Shown here piece by piece: positions 12,711 to 24,127 of a stretch of 64,000 nucleotides of DNA. Position numbers and translations under genes: made by a program. Within the stretch, counting starts at the first letter, position 1. Each line of letters begins with the position of its first letter. The notes beneath the pieces were generated by a model. The model was not told the origin of the DNA, did no database searches, and saw only the letters and a program-made list of their open reading frames with translations. The stretch is taken from assembly GCF_022539665.2 (NCBI RefSeq), contig NC_081331.1, positions 11,222,001 to 11,286,000 on the forward strand, in the 5' to 3' direction. This stretch comes from Daphnia carinata. Lineage: Eukaryota.

Positions 12711-14917
12711 TTACATAGGGGCAGCACTTTGGGGTGACGGTTCTTGATTATGTTGGTGCCGAGGCTGTTAAATGAAAAACGCGGAAGAAAAATATTAGCA
12801 GATGGAAACCGGTAGCGGAAAGAAAGTGTTAATGAAGGAAAAATGCAAGGGAAAAAACACTATTTTTGGATGTAAAATTGTGCTGAAGAAAAGAAAACAA
12901 CTGCAACTTGACTCACCATTTGGCCAAAGATGTGTTCCAAATCCTGAGAATAGAGATTCGCCAATCGAAAACAATCCTAAAAGAAAGCATAAGTACTTGG
13001 TATGCTGTCGTTCAATCAACAATGGCAAGTTATTCAGGGAAAGCACAGATACCTGGACGTGAGTTTGAAATAAAAGTGTAACGTCAATATCGTCGTCATC
13101 AGTTCCAAACGGATTTACGGCGACTCGACCAAAATTAAGCCAAACGAGGAAGACGAAAAACTAAAATAAACTTTTGTTAAAAAATTTCTGTTATGCAAAT
13201 ACTGTGAAATATAGCTATGCAAACCTGCATACTGGGAATTACTGGGACGTAATTAACGATTACTTCCATGAATGAACAGGTACTGGCTTCTTCAACATTA
13301 CGAGCCATCAACGTTACAAAGCCGTAAGTGTACACCACAATCATTACAGCCTTTATCGCAGACGCAAGAATTCAATTAAATAACGATGGATGCATATCAT
13401 CTTAACTTGAATTGTTACGTTACCTGAATGAGGGCGTACGGCATGTTCTTTGTTGCAAACTTTTTTCGACGAAAATTTGGAAACATATCAGACATCCAAT
13501 TAGTAATTAGTAAAACAAAATTATAATGGATTTGAGATGAAATCTAACTTTAATTGTGTTGCCGCAGCCTTTCTTGAAGGCCATAACCACTTCAATAACT
13601 TTAAGGTAATTGGATTTCTCTGCATATCGGTTTTGTATGAAACAGTCTTTCATTAACAAAAGCATCCAGTCAATGACCATTAAGGCGCGTGGCGTTTTAT
13701 TCCGTTCGGTTTCCACTCTCTCTAAAAGCAATCTTTCTTTCTCTTTGATGATTCCTACGTACAATAGAATTTTGGCGTTATATTCAATTCAAATAATTAG
13801 GAATTTCGTATTTTGTCACCGGCTAGTTGAAGTGAAAGAATATCGGGAAACATGGTACGTAATGGTTTACTCACGGTACGAAAAGTGAGTATCCATGCAA
13901 GCACTGTCCAACGTGCAAATCGTTCCACAACGATTGGACCCTTGATGGTAGAGGAAAAAGAAAAAGTTCATGCAGGTACCAGGGGCTGAGTGTTAGTAGT
14001 AAGATTGCTTATGGATAGGAGTAAGTAAGGGCTAATTACTTCAGGCAAATTTGGCTTGATTGACAGGATAAAAAATGTGATAACTTTGGCTGTCCCAGGA
14101 ATCATAGTTTGCATGGCAAAAAGACGATGCATGGCGGTTGTCGTAAAGAACGTTAGCATTATCATCACGTTAATGGAATTGGAATTTTTTAAGCAATACT
14201 TCGCCAACGCCTCAAATGCTCTGCAAGTAAAATGAAGTCTATTACGTTTTTTGCTATAATATAGTAACGCGTTAGGTGAATAAGATCAGGGTCGTCGAGT
14301 ACGAAATTACTAAGTGTTTTTATCGATACACTTTGCCGGCCTTGGTCCTCACGCATGGCTTTTTTTTTTTTTTTTTTGCTTTGCATTTTTGTGAGATTTT
14401 TTTTTTTTTTTCTGTTATTTGTTCTAGCTTTTTGATTAAAAAAAAAGATTATCAACTGACGCCTTATGTACAGCAACGACTTGGCCCTGAGCGAAATAGG
14501 ACACAAAAAAATGTCCTATTTGACGAAATACATTTACATATCAATTACATTACAAATTAAATTGCAAAGTTACTTACATTTTGCCGCTTTCATCGAGAAG
14601 ATAGTTGTGTATGATTGTGATTAAATAGTAGAGTCCGTAATAGACCAACAAATCTTTCCATATCGTCTTGTAAATGCTACCCTTCCATCTGCAATGATAC
14701 CAAGTGTTAAATGACAGTCTTTCAATTATGTTACTAAACAGCACAGCTACAGTGAATTTTCTTAAATTCTATGTCTGTGGACTTTAAAAATTGTTTACCT
14801 TAAAAGTATACGAATGGATCCACCGAAATCATCTGCGTCGGGGGCAGTTTGAGAAAATGCCAGCACTGATGGGACTTCACTCAGGTTACGTAAAACGTGC
14901 GGTTTCTTGACGTTCAT
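12711..14917 (-). CDS. Divergent bestrophin-like channel, copy A (10 exons, ~370 aa)
   Basis: Hand-spliced with no in-frame stop: ...RILLR|WKGSIYK...INVMIMLTFFTTTAMHRLF...KPLRTMFPD...FKKGCGNTIK|FATKNMPYALIQ|...NPFGTDDDDID...AAPM*. WKGSIYK and NPFG+acidic cluster are bestrophin hallmarks. Confidence 0.88.
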
Positions 14918-16089
14918 GATGCTGCACGAGTCGGTAGATCACACTATTGAAACAGCAGAAAGCTATTCCGGGAGAAGGTCCTTAAACAGAGACACACACG
15001 AAATAGCGGACACAGGTAACGCCACTACCAAACGCATCAGCTCTAATCAAGCGTTACAAATTCTATGTTAGGAACAGACGAGGTCGTTCGTATCCTGTAC
15101 GTATTGGTGTCCGGATAAATAAGACGATAGAACGGCCAAGACAGACGAAATGGACTCCATCCACTAGTTTCCATTGACCTTAGTCAAGACGTCAAAAGAC
15201 ACATACTACTGTCCACGACAGAGTAACGCATTTTAAACTGGTTACACTGGTTTCGTTCTACAGGTGCAGTCGGCTTTTTATTTTGCACCTTTTTTTTTAC
15301 GTTATAGCTTTTTTCAGTGGGCGTTCACTGCTACGTATCACTTGTGGTATGTGGTGCGTAATTTTTTTTCTTCTCTGCCCTTTTCATTGCCGACCTTGGT
15401 GAATAAAAGTGAAGGGACATGGTGAGCAAATACACATTGGACAACGCAAGGCAAAAGACTGTGGTACCAGTAGGCTGTCAAAGAAATTTCGGATCGTGAT
15501 TGACTAATGGGGTAAACTACCTTCGTTTTTGAAAAAACTTGGTCGATCCTGTAGAATTTATGTAATCCACACGAATGAAATTGGCGCACATTTAGCAGTA
15601 ATTGCTGAATTGCTGCCGTTGTGGCACCGCCGGTGGCAATTTGACCACCAAATCACGATCGAATTACAGAAGGTGGTTACACTCATCGTTCGATATTTGC
15701 ACGACATTTTAGCTGTGGATAACCTATGGATTATTTCATACCAGCACTTTCCGTTTTACGTCTGGGGAATGGTTGGACGCAGTAAATCACCAGCCGGGAG
15801 GACACGAACGCCTTTTAGTGATCAGTTCTTCACCGTTGTGTATGTATCCAATCAAAGATCTTGTATGCTGAGGAAAAGAGTTCCCTATAATTCCGGAACT
15901 ATAAACACCGTTAAATATCGTTTATACAATTGATATCGGACCTGTAATTAAAATCACTTGTTTTTGGAGAGAGGAGAGGCAAGTTGCTTGAAAAAGGAGT
16001 ATAAATAAAAATAGGAATCCATTAGATTTACATTTTTACGCAGAGTGAGGTTGCTTCTGCAAAGGTTGCGTTTCAGCCGGCAAAGGGAG

Positions 16090-18068
16090 CTAAGAAGAGG
16101 GTGCTTCGTTATATGGTTTCTGAGGCTTTAAAAGAAAATAAAGTGAATTAGAAAGCAATCTTGTGCAGAAAACAGAACAGTTTTACCATAGCGCCAAAAA
16201 TGCTTTCCAAATCCTGAGTATACAGATTTGCTAATCGATAAGAATCCTACAGCAAATTGTTTTCCCATACCATTAAATTGAAGAAGCAAACTAAAGCAAG
16301 ATGTTTGAAAATACCTGAATATGAGTCTCAAGAAGGAGTTTAACATCGATATCGTCTTCATCAGTTCCAAAAGGGTTCACAGCAATTCGACCAAAATTCA
16401 GCCAAACGAGAAAAACAAAGAACTAAAGAAAATAGCAAAGAAATTTTAGTACTTAGGGAAAACCCTTTGATTATGTCAATCGTCTGTGCATGAATACTAA
16501 CTTGCAAGCTGGGAACGATCGGGAAATAATTTACGATGCCTGCCGTGAATCCTGCACTGTCGTCATCATCGAAATTACGAGCCATTAATGTCATCAATCC
16601 GTAAGTATAGACGACAATGATGGCAGCCTGACAAATTAGTAAGATGTTATTACGTACTGATTAGAATTACAAGCAACACCTACCTGAATTAGGGCGTATG
16701 GAATATTCTTTGTTGCAAACTGTTTTTTGTTGGTTTTTTTCCAAAGTATCGATAGAACTTTAATTAAATCAAAATGAAGATGTTAAACAAAACGAAACAA
16801 TAACACCTTTATCGTGTTTCCGCAGCTCTTCTTAAAGGCCATCACAACGTCGAGGGATTTCAAGTGATTAGATTTCTCGGTAAAACGATTGTGTATCGAG
16901 GTTTCTTTCAGCAACAAGATCATCCAGTCAATCACGACTAAAGCGCGAGGCGTTGTGTTGTGCTCAGTTTCAACCCTCTCTAGGATTAATCTTTCTTTCT
17001 CTCTTATGATTCCTTGGGGTTAAAGATTATGCGGGTGAATACGTAATAATAACAAACAATAGAGAACTTGTAATTATGCTTGTTACCGGCTACTTGAAGA
17101 GAAACCATGTTCGGAAACATGGCCCGTAAGGGTTTACACACAACGCGGAAGGTTAGAATCCATGCAATTACCGTCCAACGTGCAAATTGTTCAACAATAA
17201 TAGGGCCCTTTAAACGTGAAAAAAAGGAAAGGGGCGCATTAAATAAACGAAGTTATTATAGTAAGCCAATTGTACCTCAGGTAGATTCGGTTTGAGCGAC
17301 ATAACAAAGAACGTGATAACTTTAGCTGTCCCGGGAATCATAGTTTGCACGGTAAAAAGGCGTTGCAAAGCGGTCGACGTGAAAAACGACAACATAATCA
17401 TTAGATTGATGGAATTGGAGTTGCGTAAGCAGTATTTTGCCAAAGCCACGAACGCTCTGCAATCATACAAAAATAATCGAATGTAGTATGTATCTAGGCC
17501 GATTTCGTAAAAGCTTATTGAATAAGATCAGGGTCGCCACACTTGCACAATTACTGTGTAACAAAGTTTGTTCTAGCCGCGCCCTAGAGCTAACTGTATG
17601 AATTTTTCCTTTTTTTTCTTCTCTTTGTGGAAACCAAACTAAAACTTGCGGTTTTCTGTTTGCATGAGCGAGTTGACGGCTTCGTGCTAGCTTCGGCCCT
17701 GAACGTTCTTCTTGTCTGGGGAAAATAATTTTTAAACAAATGCAATGAACAATGAACTACTTACTTTTTGCCATCGTCGCCGAGGACGAAATTGTGTAAA
17801 ATAGTGAGCAAGTAATAGAGTGCGTAATACACTAGGAGGTTTTTCCATATTGTCTTGTAAACGCTTCCCTTCCATCTGCATTAGAAAGGACAGAACACAC
17901 AATATGTAATAAAGTTAACTTTTCAACATACATTAGAGATTGTTACCGTAAAAGTATGCGAATGGATTCTCCAAAACGATTGGCGTCTGGAGCAGTTTGA
18001 GAAAATGCCAGCACTGACGGCACTAGGCTTACTCTACGCAATGCTTGCGGTTTCCCTGAGATCTGCAT
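16090..18068 (-). CDS. Divergent bestrophin-like channel, copy B (10 exons)
   Basis: MQISGKPQ...RILLR|WKGSVYK...INLMIMLSFFTSTALQRLF...NPFGTDEDDID...PQKPYNEAPSS*. Same exon structure as copy A. Confidence 0.88.
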
Positions 18069-18782
18069 TCTGGAATTTCTTGGAACCAAATTTGGATCAA
18101 AAATTTAAATCCAAATGATAGCTGCAACGTTTCACCAGTGGTAGCACCAACCATCGATCTCTGGTCCTCTGTTACAACTAGACAACTGTTGCTGCCAGAA
18201 GCAGTGGGCTTCATCAAATTAGCATAGAATGTTAGAAAATCAACCAGATTCGGTACACCATACACGTTATGAAAAAAATAACAACAAATTTGCCTGCTGG
18301 CTTCTGGTGGCCTTGTTAGGCATCCGGCATAAGATAGACACCATAGCCGAAGGAGAGGACACTAACGTTATGGAAGTTAGTGAACTTCAAACCAAAACTT
18401 TCTGTTTCGCGGTAGGATTCCTTGTGGTCCAGCAAAAAACAGCGTCATTTATGCAACGATTCAACAGGTTTAGTTACCCAGGAAGCAGATGTCTTGTTTG
18501 TCAAGGACAATGAACCTCATGGGGGATCCGTAAATAGCGATACAGTGATTTCTTCCACAGCGGTAATGACGGTTTCTTTTTGCGTCCTCCCCTTAGCAGA
18601 AAATTTTTAAGATGGCCAGCATTGTAGATAATACCTGATAAACGATTAATCCTGATCCCAATGTAGCTGTATGGGTCAACATACATCCAAACATGGCGAG
18701 CGTTGGCTGCGACAAGTTGCTATGTCATTCCAGCCAGGCAAATTTACACAAACAAATTTGGTTTATTTGCAAGCATCGTACA

Positions 18783-20773
18783 CTATTTCCCAACAGGAGT
18801 AGTATTTTGGGGTAAAGAAGCTTCGTTGTATGGTTGCTGTGGCTAAATTCAAAAATGTAACAAATCAAATAAAGAAGCAGTTATTCAATAGGAAGATAGC
18901 TTTACTAACCATGACACCAAAGATTTGATCCAAATCCTGTGTGTAGAGATTCGCCAAGCGAAAAGAATCCTTATCACACAAGAAAAATCGAATAGTACCT
19001 AAAAAGAAAAGCATCATCGATAATCTAATAGTACCTGAATATGAGTCTCAAGCAAGTGCTTGACATTGATGTCTTCTTCGTCAGTTCCAAATGGATTCAC
19101 TGCAGTGCGGCCAAAATTCAACCAGATGAGAAAAATGAAAAACTGGGCAAAAGGAATAACACGAAATTGATTCGGTTCATAATATGGAGTAAACAATAAA
19201 TTTGAATAAAGAACCTGCATGCTGGGAATAACAGGAAAATAGTTAACGATGCCTTCCAGAAAGCCACTGCTGCCAGCTTCTTCAAAATTCCGAGCCATCA
19301 ACGTGACTAAACCATACGCATAGACGACTATAATGGCAGCCTTAAACGTAAAACATTTAATACTGCCTCTTTTCTACAAGCTGAAAGCTCATCAAAGTTT
19401 CTTCGTACCTGAATTAGCGCGTAGGGAATGTTCTTCGTTGCAAACTTTTCATTTCAAATACTTCGTTAGATAAATCGAAGGTATATACCTCTTTAAAATA
19501 AAAATCATACCTTTATGGTGTTCCCGCAGCTTTTTTTGAAGGTCATTAGCATTTCGATAACCTTAAGGTGATTAGATTTTTCTGCAAAGCGATTGTGTAT
19601 CGCAGTTTCTTTGAGTAACAACAGCATCCAATCGATAACTACCAATGCACGGGGTGTTTTGTTTCCTTCGGTCTCCACTCGCTCTAAGATTACCCTTTCT
19701 TTTTCACGTATGATTCCTAAAGATACGGAATTCGATTTATAACGTACTACGACGAATAAGGTGTATAAGATTTTAGGCAAAGATTACCTGCCACTTGAAG
19801 GGAAATCATGTCGGGAAACATTGTGCGCAATGGTTTGCAAACAACACGAAAAGTCAAAATCCACGCTAAAACTGTCCAACGTGCAAACTGTTCAACGATG
19901 ATTGGACCCTGGATATCAATAAAGAAAACAAAGATTCCCATTTAAGCTCTGTGTTGTAAACTTAAACGTGATTGCAGTGATCGCTAATTACTTCCGGTAA
20001 ATTTGGCTTGACTGACATGATGAAACAGGTGATGACTTTAGCCGTTCCTGGAATCGTCGTTTGCATGGAAAACAGACGCTGCATTGCAGTTGTCGTGAAA
20101 AATGTCAACATGATCATTAGGTTAATAGAATTGGAATTTTTTAAGCAGTATTTCGCCAAAGCCTGAAACGTTCTGTTAACACAAAAGTACAAGATACAAG
20201 TTAATGTTACGTATGTGAAGCCCCTTTCGGGCATAGAGTTTAAGCTAAAGCTCATATGTACTGAACAAAGCCAAGGTCATAGCGAGCTTTCACTAACCAA
20301 TTGGAACATTTGGTATTTATCTCTAGTTCTAAATAGGCGTAAGCATGTAGCTGTAAGATGGCTTCGGGTCCGCTCTCTACGGCCTCGAACACACGTTTTG
20401 TTCCCCAAAACGTCCAAAATAGCCTAATGTAATATTATCTTACTTTTTTCCATCGTCGTCTAGAACGCTGTGCAGGATGGACAGCAGGTAAAAAAGAATG
20501 TAGTATACTAACAAGTCTCTCCAAATGAACTTGTAAATGCTTCCCTTCCATCTAGAATACAAAAAAGAAGTAACATTTTTAAAATGAAAAGTGTCGACAT
20601 GAAAACATTACAAAGCTGTTTAAATAACAGATAATATTGAACGTTTACCTAAAGAGAATGCGAAAGGATTCACCAAAACGTGTGGCATCCGGGGCAGTTT
20701 GAGCCAATGCTAGGACGGATGGCACTTGACTTACTTTACGAACAACTTGCGACTTGCTTTTATCGTAATGCAT
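18783..20773 (-). CDS. Divergent bestrophin-like channel, copy C (10 exons)
   Basis: MHYDKSK...RILFR|WKGSIYK...INLMIMLTFFTTTAMQRLF...NPFGTDEEDIN...TTPVGK*. Confidence 0.88.
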
Positions 20774-22116
20774 CACTGGTGTTATTTGTTTTTAAATTTT
20801 TTTAGTACACACAATGAAAATATTGCAGTCTGATGCACAAGTCTGTCACTGGGGATGGTAGGAGCCTTCTCGCTACCAGCCGTTTACGGTGGATGTCCCT
20901 TGGAGACTGTTTGCAAGTGGAGACCTTTGCTTTCAATGAAGCGCCCACGGCATGGCCAGTTATCTCTACCACGTTTCGAAAAGTTGTACGAATAAGGATC
21001 CAATTTGCCCACAAGCTTCCATGGAATATTGTCCATACATGAAATAAACTACAAAAAACAAAAACAAAAAAAGGAGCGAGGGCCACCCATAAATTTGCTA
21101 AGTCGAGCTAAAAAGTGAGACAGATTTTCGTCACATAAAACGTATAAATGACGTAGTTGAGTCCTAATGTGTTGGTGAACTGAACTGCCGTATGAACGTG
21201 ATAGTTTTCCACTCTGTTTACAGTTTGCCTAAATGATACCTTAATCATAATAATGTGCAGTATGACACTTACGGCGATCGGGCAACCAAACATCAGGATC
21301 CTCTTCGTAGTTTCTTTTTGTTCCTTGAATTGTTCTTGTTAGAATTTTCTGTCGTGGTGAGAGATGGTGTGATGAAACATTCGCCTGTCTCCTTGAAAAC
21401 ATTACTACATTCATCGCCAGGCTTGGTACTGATCTGCTGACACGTCGTTAACTGACCGAGATCACTCTGCACTGTGATGCAATGTCAAAATAGCAATATA
21501 CTGATCGATTTCAAATTCAAACTATTGGTGTATCACAAGGGGTCGTTAACTGTTAGTTTTCTACTCTAGTTAAGTATCTATAGAATTAATTATCTAGTTA
21601 TTTTTTTAACTAGCCCGTCTACTAACTTTCAACTACTTTCAATTTTTGCGTGCACAGACTGCTGTCTGTGAAACGGCATTGCCACATCATCCATCGGTAA
21701 TCTGACAAAATTACAACTTGACTAACCCAACCAATTAACCGTGTTTTAATATTGCTAGGTTGATAAAAACAATTATTTCTATTTTGATTTTTTTGGGAAA
21801 AAATGTTAACTTCACGAAAATGTGGACTGGAATGCAATAAATTGACAAAATTTCGTCAAAAGTCACAAAGTAAGCCTGAAGTGACCGTTACAATGGTGGG
21901 TGATAGCCACCATGGTTCCTATAAAAGAAGTGCCGTTTGTCCTAAGAGCAATCGCAGTTTTCTCCGAATTCTCGCAGTTACCTCTTGCCACACCTCGTGT
22001 CAAACCTCCTCGTATTCTCATAGCATCCACTTCAGTCTTCATCAACAGTTCTTTTCAGAGCTATTCCATCTCTCTTCGTTCTTCACTCCCTATCCTCCAT
22101 CGTCATCTTCATCGAA

Positions 22117-23427
22117 ATGCCTTTCAACTCAGCATTTCCAGCCCCACTACCACTCCCGGGGAAGAAGAAGACTTTTCCAGAAGTGCGTGGCTGTGCCATA
22201 CCATCGTGCATTCGCAAGTTCATTGCCAAGCCGACTACTTCTGCCACATCTGCACTTCCTGTGAAACCTTCCGCGACAGAGGCGCGTTCAACATCTCCTC
22301 TTGCAGTTAAGACGCCACCATACGCTTCTGCACTCCTCAAGCACCCAGAAGAGGTAAAATTGTTTCGTTCTCGAATCCCGGTGCGTATCCCTGCCAGCAC
22401 CACCGGTCGCCCAGTACATCAGGGTTATGCGACCACCAAACGCGACGACGGCCCACGCCATCCAGTCGCTGAAAACGTGCTCGGAGTATCTTTTGTTTCT
22501 CGAATCACCGTTCGGAAAGCCTTTGGACGAGCAGTGCCCCACGAAATCCAACCTACTACGGAGAGTGTCCTCTCTGAACCTACCTCTCAACCGTTGGATG
22601 ATGAAGCCACTGCTCCTACCGAACAGCCATTGGAATCTTCCACTGTGCCTCTACCATCGAGACGACAAAAGAGAAATGCCGCTCTGAAGGAGCGTCGAAA
22701 GGCCAAAAAACGAGGGTCCACGTTGTTGATGAATGATGTCCCCTCGTCGGCGGAAATTGTCGATGACATCGCAACAGATGATCACGAGGCAGCTTCACAT
22801 TCCCTGGCGCTAGTGACACCTGTCTACAACCATACATCTGTTGTGGCCAAATCCGCAGACGCCGAATCGGTCCAGCTTAACAGCGAGAAATCTGAGGAGA
22901 AAGCACCATTGAAACGTTTGGAAGATGGTCATCCACCTTTCCTTCCTTACGTTTTCGTTATGGACTGCATTCGGCCTTACGTTCCTGCACCTTCTTATGA
23001 AGTCAAAAGACAACCAGACGAAGAGTACTTGCATGTGTCCAACATTCCTTTTTCAGTACCTTCCGAAGAGGTTGTGGGCTTCTTTGAAAAACTTGCAGGA
23101 CCCGTGCGATTCTTCAGCATGCAAGTGAATGAGAACGGCCTTTACAGTGGTAAGGCCAACGTGATTTTCTGCCATCCCAACGACTCTCGAAAAGCTCTCC
23201 TACTTTACGACGGATCGCTTATTGGTGGTCGAAAACTGAAAATCAAGTTGTTTGTAAACGGTGAACGTTTATATCCTAACCAGGTAACGCTACCTGAACC
23301 TGCCGGTTGTTTTAAAGTTGACTGGGTTAATGCCGCTCCATCGAACATGGTACTTGTACCTTCGGCTGACTACATGATGGAATTCATATCACATTATCCC
23401 ACAAACTTTAAATGCAAAAATGTTTAA
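22117..23427 (+). CDS. Intronless 436-aa protein: disordered Pro/Ser/Thr-rich N-terminus, basic NLS-like patch and C-terminal RRM (ALYREF/POLDIP3-type)
   Basis: Uninterrupted ORF. RRM LHVSNIPFSVPSEEVVGFFEKLAGPV...NENGLYSGKANVIFCHPNDSRKALLLYDGSLIGGRKLKIKL; basic patch RRQKRNAALKERRKAKKR; TCAGT initiator-like motif ~22032; AATAAA at 23651. Confidence 0.75.
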   Translation: MPFNSAFPAPLPLPGKKKTFPEVRGCAIPSCIRKFIAKPTTSATSALPVKPSATEARSTSPLAVKTPPYASALLKHPEEVKLFRSRIPVRIPASTTGRPVHQGYATTKRDDGPRHPVAENVLGVSFVSRITVRKAFGRAVPHEIQPTTESVLSEPTSQPLDDEATAPTEQPLESSTVPLPSRRQKRNAALKERRKAKKRGSTLLMNDVPSSAEIVDDIATDDHEAASHSLALVTPVYNHTSVVAKSADAESVQLNSEKSEEKAPLKRLEDGHPPFLPYVFVMDCIRPYVPAPSYEVKRQPDEEYLHVSNIPFSVPSEEVVGFFEKLAGPVRFFSMQVNENGLYSGKANVIFCHPNDSRKALLLYDGSLIGGRKLKIKLFVNGERLYPNQVTLPEPAGCFKVDWVNAAPSNMVLVPSADYMMEFISHYPTNFKCKNV

Positions 23428-23480
23428 GCTGGCTGTTTATGTCATCCTCATTCTCTTCATACGCGTTAACGCGTTAAATC

Positions 23481-23656
23481 TGTAAATAGTCCGCAAAGAA
23501 ATTCTATTCCCATTTTTCATGTACATATTCTAAATTCCATTCCCAATTGCCTATGTACATATTTCAAATTCCATTCTCATATTCTGTCAATATTTTATTT
23601 CATGATAACGTTACTCCACAAAATTCTACATTTCGACAAATTCCAAGCCAAATAAA
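23481..23656 (+). promoter_or_regulatory. 3'UTR elements: three Pumilio response elements (TGTAHATA), a CPE-like TTTTAT and AATAAA
   Basis: TGTAAATA 23481-23488, TGTACATA 23520-23527 and 23554-23561 (the last two lie in a ~34-nt tandem duplication), TTTTAT ~23593, AATAAA 23651-23656. Confidence 0.5.
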
Positions 23657-24127
23657 TTAAATTTTTTCTAATCCAAATATGTGTTTAGCATTTTATTTCA
23701 CACACATCAAAATTTACTGAGCACACACATTCCTTCATTACTTACGAATCCTAAAGGTGAATCTTTCTCGTCAGGTGCCCAATGCGAGTTGAGGTTTGGC
23801 TTCGTGGAGGTTTGGTGTGAGGCGAGTTCTAGTACCGGTAAGTATGTGCAGAAAATGTAAGAAAAAGTTATTAACCACCCTGGTAAATTTATCATTGCGT
23901 GGACGAAGCTCTTGAGGGGTTATGATAAATCCTGGCGCATGTTCCACTGGATACACGCCTATATATTTCTATTTCCATTTTTCTCGTACAAATTTATACA
24001 TGTCAATCCAAGGAATAAAATCTGCTTCACTGGTACGATTGGTTATTAAATGTGTGATACGTCATCAAAGTGTATCTCCCGAAGCTCATGTAAACTTGAA
24101 AATGCTATAGGATAATGTGTATCGACG

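Noticed and set aside
21803..22687. Overlapping alternative-frame and antisense ORFs around the RRM gene start
   Set aside because: No recognisable motifs; expected by-products of a GC-richer coding region.
23461..23474. Perfect 14-bp palindrome ACGCGTTAACGCGT
   Set aside because: Isolated, with no associated structure; compatible with chance or a micro-duplication.
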